Shown: positions 42,191 to 55,307 of the stretch, in pieces
Numbering within the stretch: position 1 is the stretch's first letter
Layout: each line of letters opens with the position of its first letter
Assembly (NCBI GenBank): GCA_033551855.1
Contig: JAWSUI010000002.1
Span: forward strand, 1 to 64,000
Source of the DNA: Deferrisomatales bacterium
GTDB taxonomy: Bacteria; Desulfobacterota; Deferrisomatia; Deferrisomatales; JACRMM01
Direction of reading: 5' to 3'
DNA length: 64,000 nucleotides
The notes under the pieces: model-generated
Database searches by the model: none
Told to the model about the DNA's origin: nothing
What the model saw: only the letters and a program-made list of their open reading frames with translations
Position numbers and translations under genes: made by a program

Positions 42191-42463
42191 ATGGCTCACA
42201 AGAAGGCGGGCGGCAGCTCCCGGAACGGCCGCGACAGCCGCGGCCAGCGCAGGGGCGTGAAGCGGTTCGGGGGCCAGGCCGTCAGAGCCGGCAACATCCT
42301 GGTCCGGCAGCTCGGCACGAAGATCCATCCGGGGAGCAACGTGGGGGTCGGCAAGGACTTTACCCTCTTCGCCCTGGTGGACGGAGTCGTTCGCTACGAG
42401 ACCCGGGGCCGCGCGCGCAAGACGGTGGCCAGCGTGGTCCCCGCAGAGGAGGGTGCTGCTTAG
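42191..42463 (+). CDS. rpmA: 50S ribosomal protein L27
   Basis: [17 protein letters not shown]-terminus. Confidence 0.98.
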   Translation: MAHKKAGGSSRNGRDSRGQRRGVKRFGGQAVRAGNILVRQLGTKIHPGSNVGVGKDFTLFALVDGVVRYETRGRARKTVASVVPAEEGAA

Positions 42464-44794
<2,331 letters not shown>

Positions 44795-44798
<4 letters not shown>

Positions 44799-46051
44799 GC
44801 CTGCGAGACGAGTTGGTCGCCATGGCGCAGCGCGCCCGCGGCGCGAGCCGCGCGTTGGCGCGGCTCCCGAGCGCGGCGAAAGACCGGGCCCTGGTGGCCA
44901 TGGCCGACGGCCTCGAGAGGGCCCGGGACGAGCTCCAGGAGGCGAATCGCCAGGATCTGGCTGCCGCGCGGGAGGCCGGCCTCAGCGCTGCCATGCTGGA
45001 TCGCCTCACTCTGACCGACGGGGTGCTCGCCTCTATGGCGCAGGGACTCCGGGAGGTGGCGGCCCAGCCAGACCCCGTGGGCGAAGTCGTGCGCATGTGG
45101 AAACGCCCCAACGGCCTCTTGGTCGGCAAGAAGCGCATTCCCCTGGGGGTGATCGGGATCGTCTACGAGTCGCGCCCCAATGTCACGGCCGACGCCGCGG
45201 CCCTGTGCCTGAAGGCGGGAAACGCCGTGATCCTGCGGGGAGGGAGCGAGGCCCTCCACTCCAACCGGGCGCTCGGGAGGGCGCTCGGACGGGCCCTGAC
45301 AGAGGCGGGGATTCCCGACGGGGCGCTCCAAGTGGTGGGGGTGGCGGACCGGGAGGCGGTGCTCGAGCTTCTCCAGCTCGAAGAGCTCATCGATCTGATC
45401 ATCCCGCGCGGCGGGGAAGGCCTGATCCGGTTCGTCTCGGCCAACAGCCGCATCCCGGTGATCAAGCACTACAAGGGAGTCTGCCACGTCTTCGTGGACG
45501 CCTCGGCCGACCTGGAGATGGCCCAGGCGATCGTGCTCAACGCCAAGACCCAGAGGCCCGGGGTGTGCAACGCCCTGGAGACGCTCCTGGTCCACCGGGA
45601 GGCGGCCGCCGTGTTTCTGCCGCGGCTCGGGGTGGCCCTCGCGGCCGCCGGCGTGGAGGTGCGCGGCTGTCCAGAGACCTGTCGGCTCCTGCCGGGCGCC
45701 CTGGAGGCTGCCGACAGCGACTGGGGGACGGAGTTCCTGGAGCTCATTTTGGCCATCCGGGTCGTGGACTCCCTGGACCAGGCGATCGAGCACATCGAGG
45801 CCCACGGGAGCCTGCACACCGAGGCCATCGTCACGAGGGACTACGCCAACGCCCAACGCTTCCTCGAGGACGTGAACTCCTCGGTGGTGGCGGTCAACGC
45901 GTCCACCCGGTTCAGCGACGGGCAGCAGCTGGGGCTGGGGGCCGAGATCGGGATCTCGACCACCAAGATCCACAGCTTCGGCCCCATGGGGGCACAGGAT
46001 CTCACCACCACGAAGTTCATCGTGTACGGCCAGGGCCAGGTCCGGGACTAG
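44795..46051 (+). CDS. proA: Glutamate-5-semialdehyde dehydrogenase
   Basis: [21 protein letters not shown] and GAEIGIST motifs. Confidence 0.97.
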
Positions 46052-46056
46052 CCGCT

Positions 46057-46713
46057 TTGGAGCTCGGGGTCTTCGGCGGCACCTTCAACCCGGTCCACCT
46101 GGGGCACCTGCGGGCGGCGGAGGAGGCCCGGGAGGCCCTGGGGCTCGAGAGGGTGGTGTTCGTCCCGGCGAAGATCCCCCCCCACAAGGAGGCGCGGGCC
46201 GTGGCGCCGTCGGACGTGCGCCTGGACCTGGTGCGGCGGGCCGTCGGGGACAACCCCGCCTTCGATGTCTCGGAGCTCGAGCTCCGCAGGGACGGGCCGA
46301 GCTACTCGGTGGACACCCTGCGGGAGCTCCGGGCCGGGCTCGGCCCCGGCGATCGCCTTTGGTTCCTCGTCGGCTCGGACGCGTACCGGGAGATCCACAC
46401 CTGGTCCCGATATGCCGAGCTCTTTGCCCTGGCGGACGTGGGGGTGCTGAGCCGTCCGCCGGGTGAGCTCCGGGCCGCCCCGCCGGCCCGCCTGGAAGGC
46501 GACTTCACCTTCGAGGGGTGCGTGCTGCGGCACCGCTCGGGCCGGGAGGTGCGCTTCGTGCCGGTGACCCTCCTGGACATCTCGGCAACGGCCGTCCGCC
46601 AGGCGCTGGCCCGGGGCGGCTCGGTACGCTACCTGGTTCCCGAGGCGGTGCGCGAGGATCTCGAGCGGCTCGCCCGGGGGCACCCCCTCTGGTTCTCAGG
46701 GAGCACGGCATGA
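46057..46713 (+). CDS. nadD: Nicotinate-nucleotide adenylyltransferase
   Basis: GGTFNPVHLGH, PPHK, SYSVDT and ISAT motifs; TTG start. Confidence 0.94.
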   Translation: MELGVFGGTFNPVHLGHLRAAEEAREALGLERVVFVPAKIPPHKEARAVAPSDVRLDLVRRAVGDNPAFDVSELELRRDGPSYSVDTLRELRAGLGPGDRLWFLVGSDAYREIHTWSRYAELFALADVGVLSRPPGELRAAPPARLEGDFTFEGCVLRHRSGREVRFVPVTLLDISATAVRQALARGGSVRYLVPEAVREDLERLARGHPLWFSGSTA

Positions 46714-47132
46714 CCCAAGACCCAACCCTCGAGCACCTCTTCGTCTGCGCCCGGGCTGCGGCCGACAAGCGAGCCGCGGACCTCCTGGTACTGGACGTCC
46801 GGAAGCTCTCGAGCTTCACCGACTACTTCCTGATCGCCAGCGGCTCGTCGGACCGGCGGGTGCAGTCCATCGCGGAAGGGGTGCTCGAGGCCATGGCCCG
46901 CCGCGGGCGCAGGCCCCTGGGGGCCGAAGGTGTTCGGGAGGGGCGCTGGGCGCTCCTGGATTTCGGGGACTGGGTGGTCCACGTCTTTTACGAGGACGTG
47001 CGGCGCGCCTTCGACCTGGAGGGGCTGTGGTTCGACGCCGAGCGGGTGGAGCTGCCGGCGGAGGTGCTCGAGCAGGAGAGGCCGTCGCCGATCGGCCTCG
47101 GAGTCCAGGCCGGAAGGGCGGAAGGCCGGTGA
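46710..47132 (+). CDS. rsfS: Ribosome silencing factor
   Basis: DYFLIASG, WALLDFGDWVVHVF and DLEGLW motifs. Confidence 0.94.
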   Translation: MTQDPTLEHLFVCARAAADKRAADLLVLDVRKLSSFTDYFLIASGSSDRRVQSIAEGVLEAMARRGRRPLGAEGVREGRWALLDFGDWVVHVFYEDVRRAFDLEGLWFDAERVELPAEVLEQERPSPIGLGVQAGRAEGR

Positions 47133-48160
47133 CGTGGCGGGTGGCAGTGGTGGGTGCGGGGGCCTGGGGTACGGCGATGGCCGACCTGCTGGCCCGGGGC
47201 GGCCATCGGGTGGGCCTGTGGGTCTTCGAGGAGGACCTTGCGGAGGAGATGGCCCGTACCGGCGAAAACAGGGTGTACCTTCCGGGTCATCGCTTGTCCC
47301 CGGGCATCCGGCCGTCGTCCGAGCTGGCGGCCGTGGTTGCGACGGCCGACGTGGTGGTGAGCGCGAGCCCTTCCCAGGTGGTGCGCCAGGTCATGGGCCG
47401 GGCAGCGCCGCACTTGAAGCCCGACGCCCTGGTCGTGAGCGCTTCCAAGGGCATCGAAGCAGGGTCGCTCCAACTGATGCACCAGGTCTTGGAGGAGGTT
47501 CTCCCGCCGGGCGCAGCCGGGCGGCTCGCCGTCCTCTCCGGCCCCTCGTTTGCGGCCGAGGTGGCCCGCGGTGTGCCCACCGCCGTCAGCCTCGCCTGTG
47601 CGGACGCCGAGGCGGCCCGGGGCCTCCAGGGGCTCTTCTCCGGCCCCACCTTCCGGGTCTACACTCTGGACGACGTGGTGGGCGTGGAGCTGGGCGGTGC
47701 CTTGAAGAACGTGGTGGCGCTGGCGGCGGGCATCTCGGACGGCCTGCGGTTCGGCCACAACAGCCGCGCGGCCCTGATCACCCGCGGGCTGGCCGAGATC
47801 AGCCGCCTGGGGACGGCCCTCGGAGCCAGGCCCCTCACATTCCTCGGTTTGGCCGGCATGGGAGACTTGGTGCTCACCTGCACCGGAGACCTCTCTCGGA
47901 ACCGGACCGTGGGGCTTCGGCTGGGGCAGGGAGAGAAGTTGCCGCAGATCCTCGATTCCATGAAAGCGGTCGCCGAGGGAGTCAAGACCTGTGACGCCGC
48001 GGTCGGCTTGGCCGAGCGGCAGGGGGTAGAGGTGCCCATCGCCCGGGAGGTGTGGCACGTTCTCCACGAGGAGAAGGACCCCCGGCGAGCCGTGGAGGAC
48101 CTCATGTCGCGGCCCTCCCGGCGCGAGTTCTGGGACCTGGAAGCGTCGCCGAGGCCATGA
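47129..48160 (+). CDS. gpsA: NAD(P)H-dependent glycerol-3-phosphate dehydrogenase
   Basis: GAGAWGTA, SGPSFA, GALKNV and GDLVLTC...SRN motifs. Confidence 0.96.
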   Translation: MTWRVAVVGAGAWGTAMADLLARGGHRVGLWVFEEDLAEEMARTGENRVYLPGHRLSPGIRPSSELAAVVATADVVVSASPSQVVRQVMGRAAPHLKPDALVVSASKGIEAGSLQLMHQVLEEVLPPGAAGRLAVLSGPSFAAEVARGVPTAVSLACADAEAARGLQGLFSGPTFRVYTLDDVVGVELGGALKNVVALAAGISDGLRFGHNSRAALITRGLAEISRLGTALGARPLTFLGLAGMGDLVLTCTGDLSRNRTVGLRLGQGEKLPQILDSMKAVAEGVKTCDAAVGLAERQGVEVPIAREVWHVLHEEKDPRRAVEDLMSRPSRREFWDLEASPRP

Positions 48161-48858
48161 GGGCGGTCTTCGTCACCCTCGAGGGCGGGGAGGGCGCCGG
48201 CAAGACCACCCAGCTGGCCCTCTTGGCCGCGGGCGTGGAGGGCCGGGGGTGGGTGGCCGTGACTACGCGGGAGCCCGGGGGCACGCCCCTCGGGGCGAGG
48301 GTGAGGGAGCTCCTTGTGCGCCTGGGCGGCGACCCGCCGACGCCCTTGGCCGAGCTGCTGCTGTATGCTGCGGACCGGGCCCATCACGTGGAGACGGTGA
48401 TCCGCCCTGGCTTGGCGGTGGGCCGGGCCGTCCTGTGCGACCGGTACGCGGACGCGACCGAGGCCTACCAGGGGTACGGCCGGGGTCTGCCCCTGGCCGT
48501 GGTGCGAGAGGTGAATCGACTGGCCACCGGAGGGCTCCGGCCCCACCGGACCGTGGTCCTGGATCTCTCCCCGGAAGAGGGGGTGCGCCGCTCCCTCGAG
48601 CGGCAGCGCTGCGGCGGGGGGCCGCGGGAGGAGCGCTTCGAGGCCGAAGCCGTGGCGTTCCACGAGCGTGTGCGGGCCGGCTACCGAGCGGTCGCGCGCG
48701 AGGACCCGGAGCGGGTGCGGATCGTGGACGCTTCGGGCACCCCCGTGGCGGTGGCGGAGCGCGTGTGGGCCGAGGTGGAGGACCTCTTCGCGCGGCCCGG
48801 GGGGCTGTGCCCCGGGCTTGGGGCCCCAGACGCGGGCTCTGGCCCGTCACCCCGGTAG
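48157..48858 (+). CDS. tmk: Thymidylate kinase
   Basis: EGGEGAGKTTQ, TREPGG, DRY and AYQGYGR motifs. Confidence 0.95.
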   Translation: MRAVFVTLEGGEGAGKTTQLALLAAGVEGRGWVAVTTREPGGTPLGARVRELLVRLGGDPPTPLAELLLYAADRAHHVETVIRPGLAVGRAVLCDRYADATEAYQGYGRGLPLAVVREVNRLATGGLRPHRTVVLDLSPEEGVRRSLERQRCGGGPREERFEAEAVAFHERVRAGYRAVAREDPERVRIVDASGTPVAVAERVWAEVEDLFARPGGLCPGLGAPDAGSGPSPR

Positions 48859-48891
48859 GGGTGTCCCGCCCCAGAGCGAGGCGAGCAGACG

Positions 48892-49839
48892 ATGTCCTTT
48901 GCGGAGATTCTCGGCCACGACCGCCCCTTGAAGGTGCTGCGCCGTGCCCTCGCGACGGGGCGTGTGCCCCATGCCTATCTCTTCTGGGGGCCCGACGGCG
49001 TGGGAAAGGAGGCGGTGGCCCGGGGGACGGCGGGGGTCCTCCTCTGCAGGGACCCCGAGGCCCTGCCCCGGGCGGCGGCGTGCGGGGCCTGCGCCGCCTG
49101 CCGAAAGGCGGCTTCGGCCTCCCACGCGGATCTGCACCTTTTGGCGCCGGCGGGGGCGTCGATTCCGATCGCCGAGGTGCGGGCCCTCCAGGAAGCCCTC
49201 GGGTACCGTTCTTTCGAGGGGGGGCGCAAGGTTGTTATCATCCGGGACGCGTTCCGACTGACCCGGGAGGCCTCCAACGCGCTTCTGAAGACTTTGGAGG
49301 AGCCCTCCGACGGGACCCATCTGGTCCTGCTCGCCCACCACAGGAACCAACTCCTGCCCACCTTGGTCTCTCGCTGTCAGTCCCTGCGTTTCGACCCGAT
49401 CCCGGAGGACGCGGTCCGGCGGCTGCTGGAGGTCGGGGGGGTGGAGCCGGAGGCGGCCCGCCGGATGGCGCAGGGCGCCGGGGGCGCCCCGGGGGCGGTG
49501 TGGGGCCAGGAACCGGAGGCCTTGGCAGCGGTCGTCGATGAGGTGCGCCAGGTCTGGTCGGGGTGGGAGAGCGCGTCGGCGGCCGAGCGGTTTGGCCGGG
49601 CAGCCCAGTGGTCGGGCGCGCGGGGTGAGCTGGGTCGGCGCCTCGACGCCCTGGAACACCTCCTGACCCAGGAGCTGCGACAAGCGGCTCGCCGGAGCGA
49701 AGCGGCCGCCGGGACTGCCGCCGCCCTCGGGGGACTCGCGCAGGTCCGGAACTTGGTGGAACGAAACGTCAATGCGGAGCTGGCCCTGGGTGCCTTCTTC
49801 CTCGGCGCCCTCGACCGCCCCTGGGAAGAGGTCCTGTGA
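48892..49839 (+). CDS. holB: DNA polymerase III delta' subunit
   Basis: HAYLFWGPDGVGK, Zn-binding Cys, NALLKTLEEP and TLVSRC motifs. Confidence 0.93.
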   Translation: MSFAEILGHDRPLKVLRRALATGRVPHAYLFWGPDGVGKEAVARGTAGVLLCRDPEALPRAAACGACAACRKAASASHADLHLLAPAGASIPIAEVRALQEALGYRSFEGGRKVVIIRDAFRLTREASNALLKTLEEPSDGTHLVLLAHHRNQLLPTLVSRCQSLRFDPIPEDAVRRLLEVGGVEPEAARRMAQGAGGAPGAVWGQEPEALAAVVDEVRQVWSGWESASAAERFGRAAQWSGARGELGRRLDALEHLLTQELRQAARRSEAAAGTAAALGGLAQVRNLVERNVNAELALGAFFLGALDRPWEEVL

Positions 49840-50882
49840 GACTCGTCGGCGTTCGGTTCAAGACGGCATGCCGTATCTACACGTTCGACGCGGGGGACGT
49901 GTCGTGTGGGCTGGGCGATTGGCTCGTGGTGGAGACGGAGCGCGGTATGGCCCTCGGGCAGGTCGCCTCCGGCCCCCGGGAGGAGGAGGCGCCCCCGGGC
50001 CAGCTCATCAAGAAGGTGCTGCGGCGCGCGGAGGACCGCGATATCCTGCGGTACGAGCAGAACTGCGAGTTGGAGGGGTACGCGCACCAGTTCTGCCTCG
50101 AGCGGATCCGGGAGCTGGGACTCCCCATGAAGCTGGTGGAGGTGGAGTTCCTCTTCGACGGGTCGAAGGCGCTCTTCTACTTCACTTCCGAGGGCCGGGT
50201 GGATTTCCGCGATCTGGTCCGCGACCTGGCGCGGCAGTTTCACACCCGCATCGAGATGCGCCAGATCGGGGTCCGGGACGAGGCGAAGCTCGTGGGGGGG
50301 GTGGGATGCTGCGGCCGGGAGCTGTGCTGCGCCACCTGGCTGACCGATTTCGCCCCCATCAGCGTGCGGATGGCGAAGGACCAGAACGTGTCCCTCAACC
50401 CGGGCAAGATCTCGGGTATTTGCGGCCGCCTCATGTGCTGCCTCTCGTACGAGCACCAGATGTACCGGGAGCTCGGCCAGGAGGTGCCCAAGCTCGGGAA
50501 GATCGTCAAGACGCCTCGGGGCGAGGGGCGGGTCGTCCGCCGAAACGTGCTCGAGGGGACCTTCGTCCTGGCGGGGGAAGGGCGGGAGTTCGAGGTCTCG
50601 GTGGACGAGTACCACGGCCGCGCGCCGCCCCCGCCGGTTTCGGGGGAGGCCGAGCCGCCGGCCGGCGGGTCTCGGCCGGAGGGCCCCCGCCGACCACGAC
50701 TGCGGCCCCTCCGGCCGGCACCGCGGCCCGAGCCCCCGGCTCCGCCGGCTCCGGAACCCGCGTCGGCCGAAGATGCCAAGGGTAAGGGCTCGGCCGAGGA
50801 ACGCATGCCGGGCTCCCGCCGCCGTCGCAGCCGGCGCAAGAGGAAGGGCTCCCCCCCTGCCGAGAGGAAGAGCGATGGCTGA
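49836..50882 (+). CDS. ricT: PSP1/RicT (YaaT) family protein
   Basis: RVDFRDLV, RQIGVRDEAK, CGRELCC and SGICGRLMCCL motifs. Confidence 0.92.
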   Translation: MRLVGVRFKTACRIYTFDAGDVSCGLGDWLVVETERGMALGQVASGPREEEAPPGQLIKKVLRRAEDRDILRYEQNCELEGYAHQFCLERIRELGLPMKLVEVEFLFDGSKALFYFTSEGRVDFRDLVRDLARQFHTRIEMRQIGVRDEAKLVGGVGCCGRELCCATWLTDFAPISVRMAKDQNVSLNPGKISGICGRLMCCLSYEHQMYRELGQEVPKLGKIVKTPRGEGRVVRRNVLEGTFVLAGEGREFEVSVDEYHGRAPPPPVSGEAEPPAGGSRPEGPRRPRLRPLRPAPRPEPPAPPAPEPASAEDAKGKGSAEERMPGSRRRRSRRKRKGSPPAERKSDG

Positions 50883-52416
50883 AACCTTCTACGTCACCAC
50901 GCCGATCTACTACGTCAACGACGTGCCCCACATCGGGCACGCATACACCACGGTGGCGTGTGACGCCCTGGCCCGCTACAAACGCGCGGCCGGCTATCGG
51001 GTCTTCTTCCTCACCGGCACCGACGAGCACGGCCAGAAGGTGGAGAAGTCCGCGGCGGAGCGGGGAGAGAGGCCCATCGATCTGGCCGATCGGGTGGTGA
51101 TGCGGTTCCAGAAGCTCTGGGACATCCTGGAGATCTCCCACACCCGCTTCGTCCGGACGACGGAGGACGACCATCGCCGCTCCGTCCAGGAGCTCTTCCG
51201 CCGCGTCCAGGCGGTGGGCGACGCCTACCTGGGCGAGTACGAGGACTGGTACTGCACCCCCTGCGAAACCTTCTGGACCGAGAACCAGCTCATGGAGGGC
51301 AACTGTCCTGACTGCAACCGCCCCACGGACCGCCTCAAGGAGCCGAGCTACTTCTTCCGCATGTCGAGGTACCAGGACGCCCTCCTCCGGCACATCGCAG
51401 AGCACCCGGACTTCATCCAGCCCGTCAGCCGGAGAAACGAGATCGTCTCCTTCGTGAAGGAGGGCCTGCGGGACCTCTCCATCTCCCGCACGAGCTTCTC
51501 CTGGGGGATCCCGGTGCCGGGGGACCCGAAGCACGTGATCTACGTGTGGTTCGACGCCCTGACCAACTACATCACCGGCGTCGGGTTCCCCGAGGAGGGG
51601 GACAACTTCGCAGCTTTCTGGCCCCAGGCCGTCCACGTGATCGGCAAGGACATCCTCCGGTTCCACGCCGTGTACTGGCCGACCTTCCTGATGAGCGCCG
51701 GCCTTCCCCTGCCCCGGCAGATCTTCGCCCACGGCTGGTGGACCGTGGAGGGGAAGAAGATGTCCAAGAGCCTGGGCAATGTGGTGGATCCCGCGGCCAT
51801 GGCGGAGGAGTATGGGGTGGACGCCTTTCGCTATTTCCTCCTGCGGGAGGTCCCCTTCGGTCTGGACGGCGACTTCAGCCGAGACGCCCTGATCCACCGG
51901 ATCAACGCAGACCTCGCCAACGACCTGGGGAACCTCGTGTCCCGGGTACTGGCCATGCTCGCCAAGTACCGACAGGGGATCGTCCCCCGGGTGCCCTCCT
52001 GCGGCAGCGAACCCCTGGACGAGGAGTTGAGGGACAAGCTGGCCGAGGTCCTCGCCGCGGTGGACCAGGCCATGGGCGAGCTGGGGTTCCACAAAGCCCT
52101 CACCGCCGTCTGGGGCTACGTGGGGTTGGTGAACCGCTACGTGGACGCTACGGCTCCCTGGAACCTGGCGAAGGACCCCGGTCAGTCGGGGCGCCTCGAC
52201 CAGGTGCTGTACAATGCCTGCGAGGCGCTGCGGGCCGTCGGGCTCCTGGTGTTCCCCTTCCTCCCCCGGACCGGCCGGGAGATGTGGCGTCGCCTGGGGG
52301 TGGGGCGGCCGGTGGACGAGGGGCGGCTCGAGGAGCTCCGCGAGTGGGGCGGGCTCCCCGGCGGAGCGCAGACGGAGCGGGGCGGGAGTCTCTTCCCTCG
52401 GATCGAGCGGGCGTGA
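50875..52416 (+). CDS. metG: Methionine--tRNA ligase (short form without C-terminal tRNA-binding domain)
   Basis: TTPIYY, HIGH, YVWFDAL and KMSKS motifs; ends at LFPRIE. Confidence 0.97.
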   Translation: MAETFYVTTPIYYVNDVPHIGHAYTTVACDALARYKRAAGYRVFFLTGTDEHGQKVEKSAAERGERPIDLADRVVMRFQKLWDILEISHTRFVRTTEDDHRRSVQELFRRVQAVGDAYLGEYEDWYCTPCETFWTENQLMEGNCPDCNRPTDRLKEPSYFFRMSRYQDALLRHIAEHPDFIQPVSRRNEIVSFVKEGLRDLSISRTSFSWGIPVPGDPKHVIYVWFDALTNYITGVGFPEEGDNFAAFWPQAVHVIGKDILRFHAVYWPTFLMSAGLPLPRQIFAHGWWTVEGKKMSKSLGNVVDPAAMAEEYGVDAFRYFLLREVPFGLDGDFSRDALIHRINADLANDLGNLVSRVLAMLAKYRQGIVPRVPSCGSEPLDEELRDKLAEVLAAVDQAMGELGFHKALTAVWGYVGLVNRYVDATAPWNLAKDPGQSGRLDQVLYNACEALRAVGLLVFPFLPRTGREMWRRLGVGRPVDEGRLEELREWGGLPGGAQTERGGSLFPRIERA

Positions 52417-53789
52417 TCGTCGACACCCACGCCCATCTGACCCTGAAGGGCCTGCGGGAGGACCTGGAGGGCGTCCTCGGCCGGGCCCGGAAGGCCGGCG
52501 TCGGGGCGGTCATCACCGTGGGGATCGACCCGGAGGACAGCCGGGCAGCGGTGCGCCTGGCGGAGAGCACCGCCGGGGTCTGGGCGACGGTGGGGGTGCA
52601 CCCCCACGATGCCGCAGGGCTCACGGCGGCCGCCCTGGACGACCTGGCCGCCCTTGCCCGCTCCCCTGCCGTGGTCGCCTGGGGGGAGACGGGGCTGGAC
52701 TTCTACCGGGACCGATCCCCCCGCGCAGACCAGGAGCGGTGGTTCCGCGAGCAGGTGGTGCGGGCGCGGGAGCTGGAGCTTCCCCTCGTGGTGCACGACC
52801 GGGAGGCCCACGCCGAGACCCTGGCCGTGCTCCGGGAGGAGGGACGGGGACGGCTGCGGGGTGTGTTCCACTGTTTTTCCGGGGACGAGGCCTTCGCCCG
52901 GGCGGTGCTGGCTCTGGGGTTTCACCTTTCCTTCCCCGGTACGGTGACCTACCCGCGCAACGAAGCTCTCCGGCAGGCGGCGGCCTCCGTTCCCCTGGAG
53001 AGGGTGCTCCTGGAGACGGATTGCCCCTTCCTGGCGCCCCAGCCGGTCAGGGGCAGAAGGAACGAGCCCGCGTACCTGGTGCACACGGCCCGCGAGGTGG
53101 CGCGCCTGCGGGGACTGGAGCTCGAGGACGTGGCCCGGATCACCACCCGCGCCAGCCGGGAGCTCTTCGGCGTGGGGGAGGCCCAGGAGCCCCGGATCGC
53201 CTACCCGATCCGGCGCAGCCTCTACCTCAACGTCACGAGCCGGTGCACGAATCGGTGTGCGTTCTGCGCCAAGAGCCGCTCTTCTGCGGTGAAGGGCCAT
53301 GACCTGACCCTGCTGCGGGAGCCCGAGGTGCAGGCGGTCCTGGCCGCGGTGGAGGCCGAAGGGGGGCCGGCGGCCTGGGACGAGGTCGTATTCTGCGGCT
53401 TGGGGGAGCCGCTGCTCCGGTTGGGGCTCGTCCTGGAGCTCGCCCGGGAGCTCCGGGGTCGAGGGGCCCACCGGATCCGGGTAAACACCGACGGCCTCGC
53501 GAGCCTCGTGCACGGCCGGGACGTGGCCGCGGACCTGGAAGGGGTGGTGGACGCCGTTTCCGTGAGCCTCAACGCCCCCGATGCCGCCACCTATGAGCGC
53601 CTCTGCCGGCCGGGGGTCGAGGGGGCGTACCCGGCGCTGCTGGAATTCCTGCGGCAGGTTCGGGACCGCCTTCCCGAGGTCACGGCCACGGTCGTGGCGG
53701 TGCCGGGCCTCGACGTGGAAGCGTGCCGACAGGTGGCCCGGGAGCTCGGCGTCGGTTTTCGGGTTCGCGCGTACGACGAGGTGGGGTAG
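52413..53789 (+). CDS. TatD-family hydrolase fused to a radical SAM domain
   Basis: DTHAH, GETGLD, VHDR, HCF and ETDCP, then CTNRCAFC and FCGLGEP in one ORF. Confidence 0.9.
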   Translation: MIVDTHAHLTLKGLREDLEGVLGRARKAGVGAVITVGIDPEDSRAAVRLAESTAGVWATVGVHPHDAAGLTAAALDDLAALARSPAVVAWGETGLDFYRDRSPRADQERWFREQVVRARELELPLVVHDREAHAETLAVLREEGRGRLRGVFHCFSGDEAFARAVLALGFHLSFPGTVTYPRNEALRQAAASVPLERVLLETDCPFLAPQPVRGRRNEPAYLVHTAREVARLRGLELEDVARITTRASRELFGVGEAQEPRIAYPIRRSLYLNVTSRCTNRCAFCAKSRSSAVKGHDLTLLREPEVQAVLAAVEAEGGPAAWDEVVFCGLGEPLLRLGLVLELARELRGRGAHRIRVNTDGLASLVHGRDVAADLEGVVDAVSVSLNAPDAATYERLCRPGVEGAYPALLEFLRQVRDRLPEVTATVVAVPGLDVEACRQVARELGVGFRVRAYDEVG

Positions 53790-53842
53790 CAGGAGGTAGG
53801 TGGCGAGCCCGGTTTCGTCTCGCTCGAAGGACGGAGGGTCCC

Positions 53843-54313
53843 ATGAGTCGTTCCCCGATGACCCGCGACGGTTACGCCCGGATCCGCGAGGAGCTCGAGA
53901 GGCTCAAGCGCGAGGATCGGGTCCAGATCATCAAGGAGATCGGAGCCGCCCGGTCCCACGGCGACATTTCGGAGAATGCCGAGTACCACGCGGCTCGGGA
54001 GAAACAGGGCTGGATCGAGGCGAAGATCCGCGACCTGGAGACCCGCCTGGCGAGCTCGGAGATCGTGGACGTGACCCCCGGGCCCAAGGATCGGGTGGTC
54101 TTCGGCTCCTGGGTCCGATTGGAGGACGTGGAGACCGGCGAAGAGAAGAAGTACCACATCGTGGGACCCCACGAGTCCGACGTGGACCAGGGGCGCATCT
54201 CGATCTCCTCCCCACTTGGTCGGGCCATGCTCGGCAAGGCGGTGGGCGACGAGGTCGTGGTCAAGGCCCCGGGCCGCACCCTCGAGTACGAGGTGCTCGA
54301 GATCTTCGACTGA
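53843..54313 (+). CDS. greA: Transcription elongation factor GreA
   Basis: HGDISENAEY and ISISSPLGRA motifs. Confidence 0.96.
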   Translation: MSRSPMTRDGYARIREELERLKREDRVQIIKEIGAARSHGDISENAEYHAAREKQGWIEAKIRDLETRLASSEIVDVTPGPKDRVVFGSWVRLEDVETGEEKKYHIVGPHESDVDQGRISISSPLGRAMLGKAVGDEVVVKAPGRTLEYEVLEIFD

Positions 54314-54384
54314 GCCCCCGACATCCTGCGGCCACCCGTTGGACCGCGTTACATCGCAGGTTGCCTTGCAACCGGGAGGAGCCC

Positions 54385-55269
54385 ATGGAACGCCCGCCGG
54401 TGTATGAGACCGACTTTTCCGGCCTGCGCCGCGTCAGTCGGGGAAAGGTTCGCGACATCTACGACCTGGGAGACGAGTTGCTCATCGTCACCAGCGACCG
54501 GCTCTCTGCGTTCGACGTCGTGCTGCCGACGCCGATCCCGGGGAAGGGCGAGGTCCTCACCCTCCTCTCGGCCCACTGGTTCGGCCGCACCCGGGATCTG
54601 GTCCCGAATCACCTCCTGTCCATCGCCCCGGAAGACTTCCCCCCGGAGACCCGACCCCACGCGGAGGTCCTCCGGGGTCGGTCCATGCTCGTGCGCAAGG
54701 CGAAGCCCCTCCCCGTGGAGTGCATCGTGCGGGGCTACCTGGTGGGGTCCGGCTGGCAGGAGTACCGCGCCTCCGGAACGGTGTGCGGTCTCCGGCTGCC
54801 CCCGGGGCTGCGGGAGTCGGAACGCCTGGCCGAACCCCTCTTCACGCCGTCTACCAAGGCCGAGATCGGAGCCCACGACGAGAACATCCCCTTCGAGCGG
54901 GTGGAAGACCTGATCGGGGTCGAACTGGCCCGGCGGGTCCGCGACCTGTCCCTCTCGGTGTACCGGCGGGGTGCCGAGGAAGCGGCGGCCCGGGGCGTCC
55001 TCATCGCCGACACCAAGATGGAGTTCGGGCTCCTGGACGGCGAGCTGCTGCTCATCGACGAGGTCCTGACCCCGGATTCTTCGCGGTTCTGGCGCGCCGG
55101 GAGCTACCGGGTCGGGCAGCGGCAGGACAGCCTGGACAAGCAGTACGTCCGGGACTACCTGAACACCCTGGAGTGGGACAAGAAGGCCCCGGGGCCGGCG
55201 CTGCCCGAGGCGGTGGTGGCGGAGACGTCGCGGCGCTACCGGGAGATCCTGGACATCCTCACCCGCTGA
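54385..55269 (+). CDS. purC: SAICAR synthetase
   Basis: GKVRDIY, SDRLSAFD, DTKMEFG and DEVLTPDSSR motifs. Confidence 0.97.
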   Translation: MERPPVYETDFSGLRRVSRGKVRDIYDLGDELLIVTSDRLSAFDVVLPTPIPGKGEVLTLLSAHWFGRTRDLVPNHLLSIAPEDFPPETRPHAEVLRGRSMLVRKAKPLPVECIVRGYLVGSGWQEYRASGTVCGLRLPPGLRESERLAEPLFTPSTKAEIGAHDENIPFERVEDLIGVELARRVRDLSLSVYRRGAEEAAARGVLIADTKMEFGLLDGELLLIDEVLTPDSSRFWRAGSYRVGQRQDSLDKQYVRDYLNTLEWDKKAPGPALPEAVVAETSRRYREILDILTR

Positions 55270-55307
55270 GGGCGCCGGGGCGGAACCCGTGCCGCGGAGG
55301 AAGCAGG

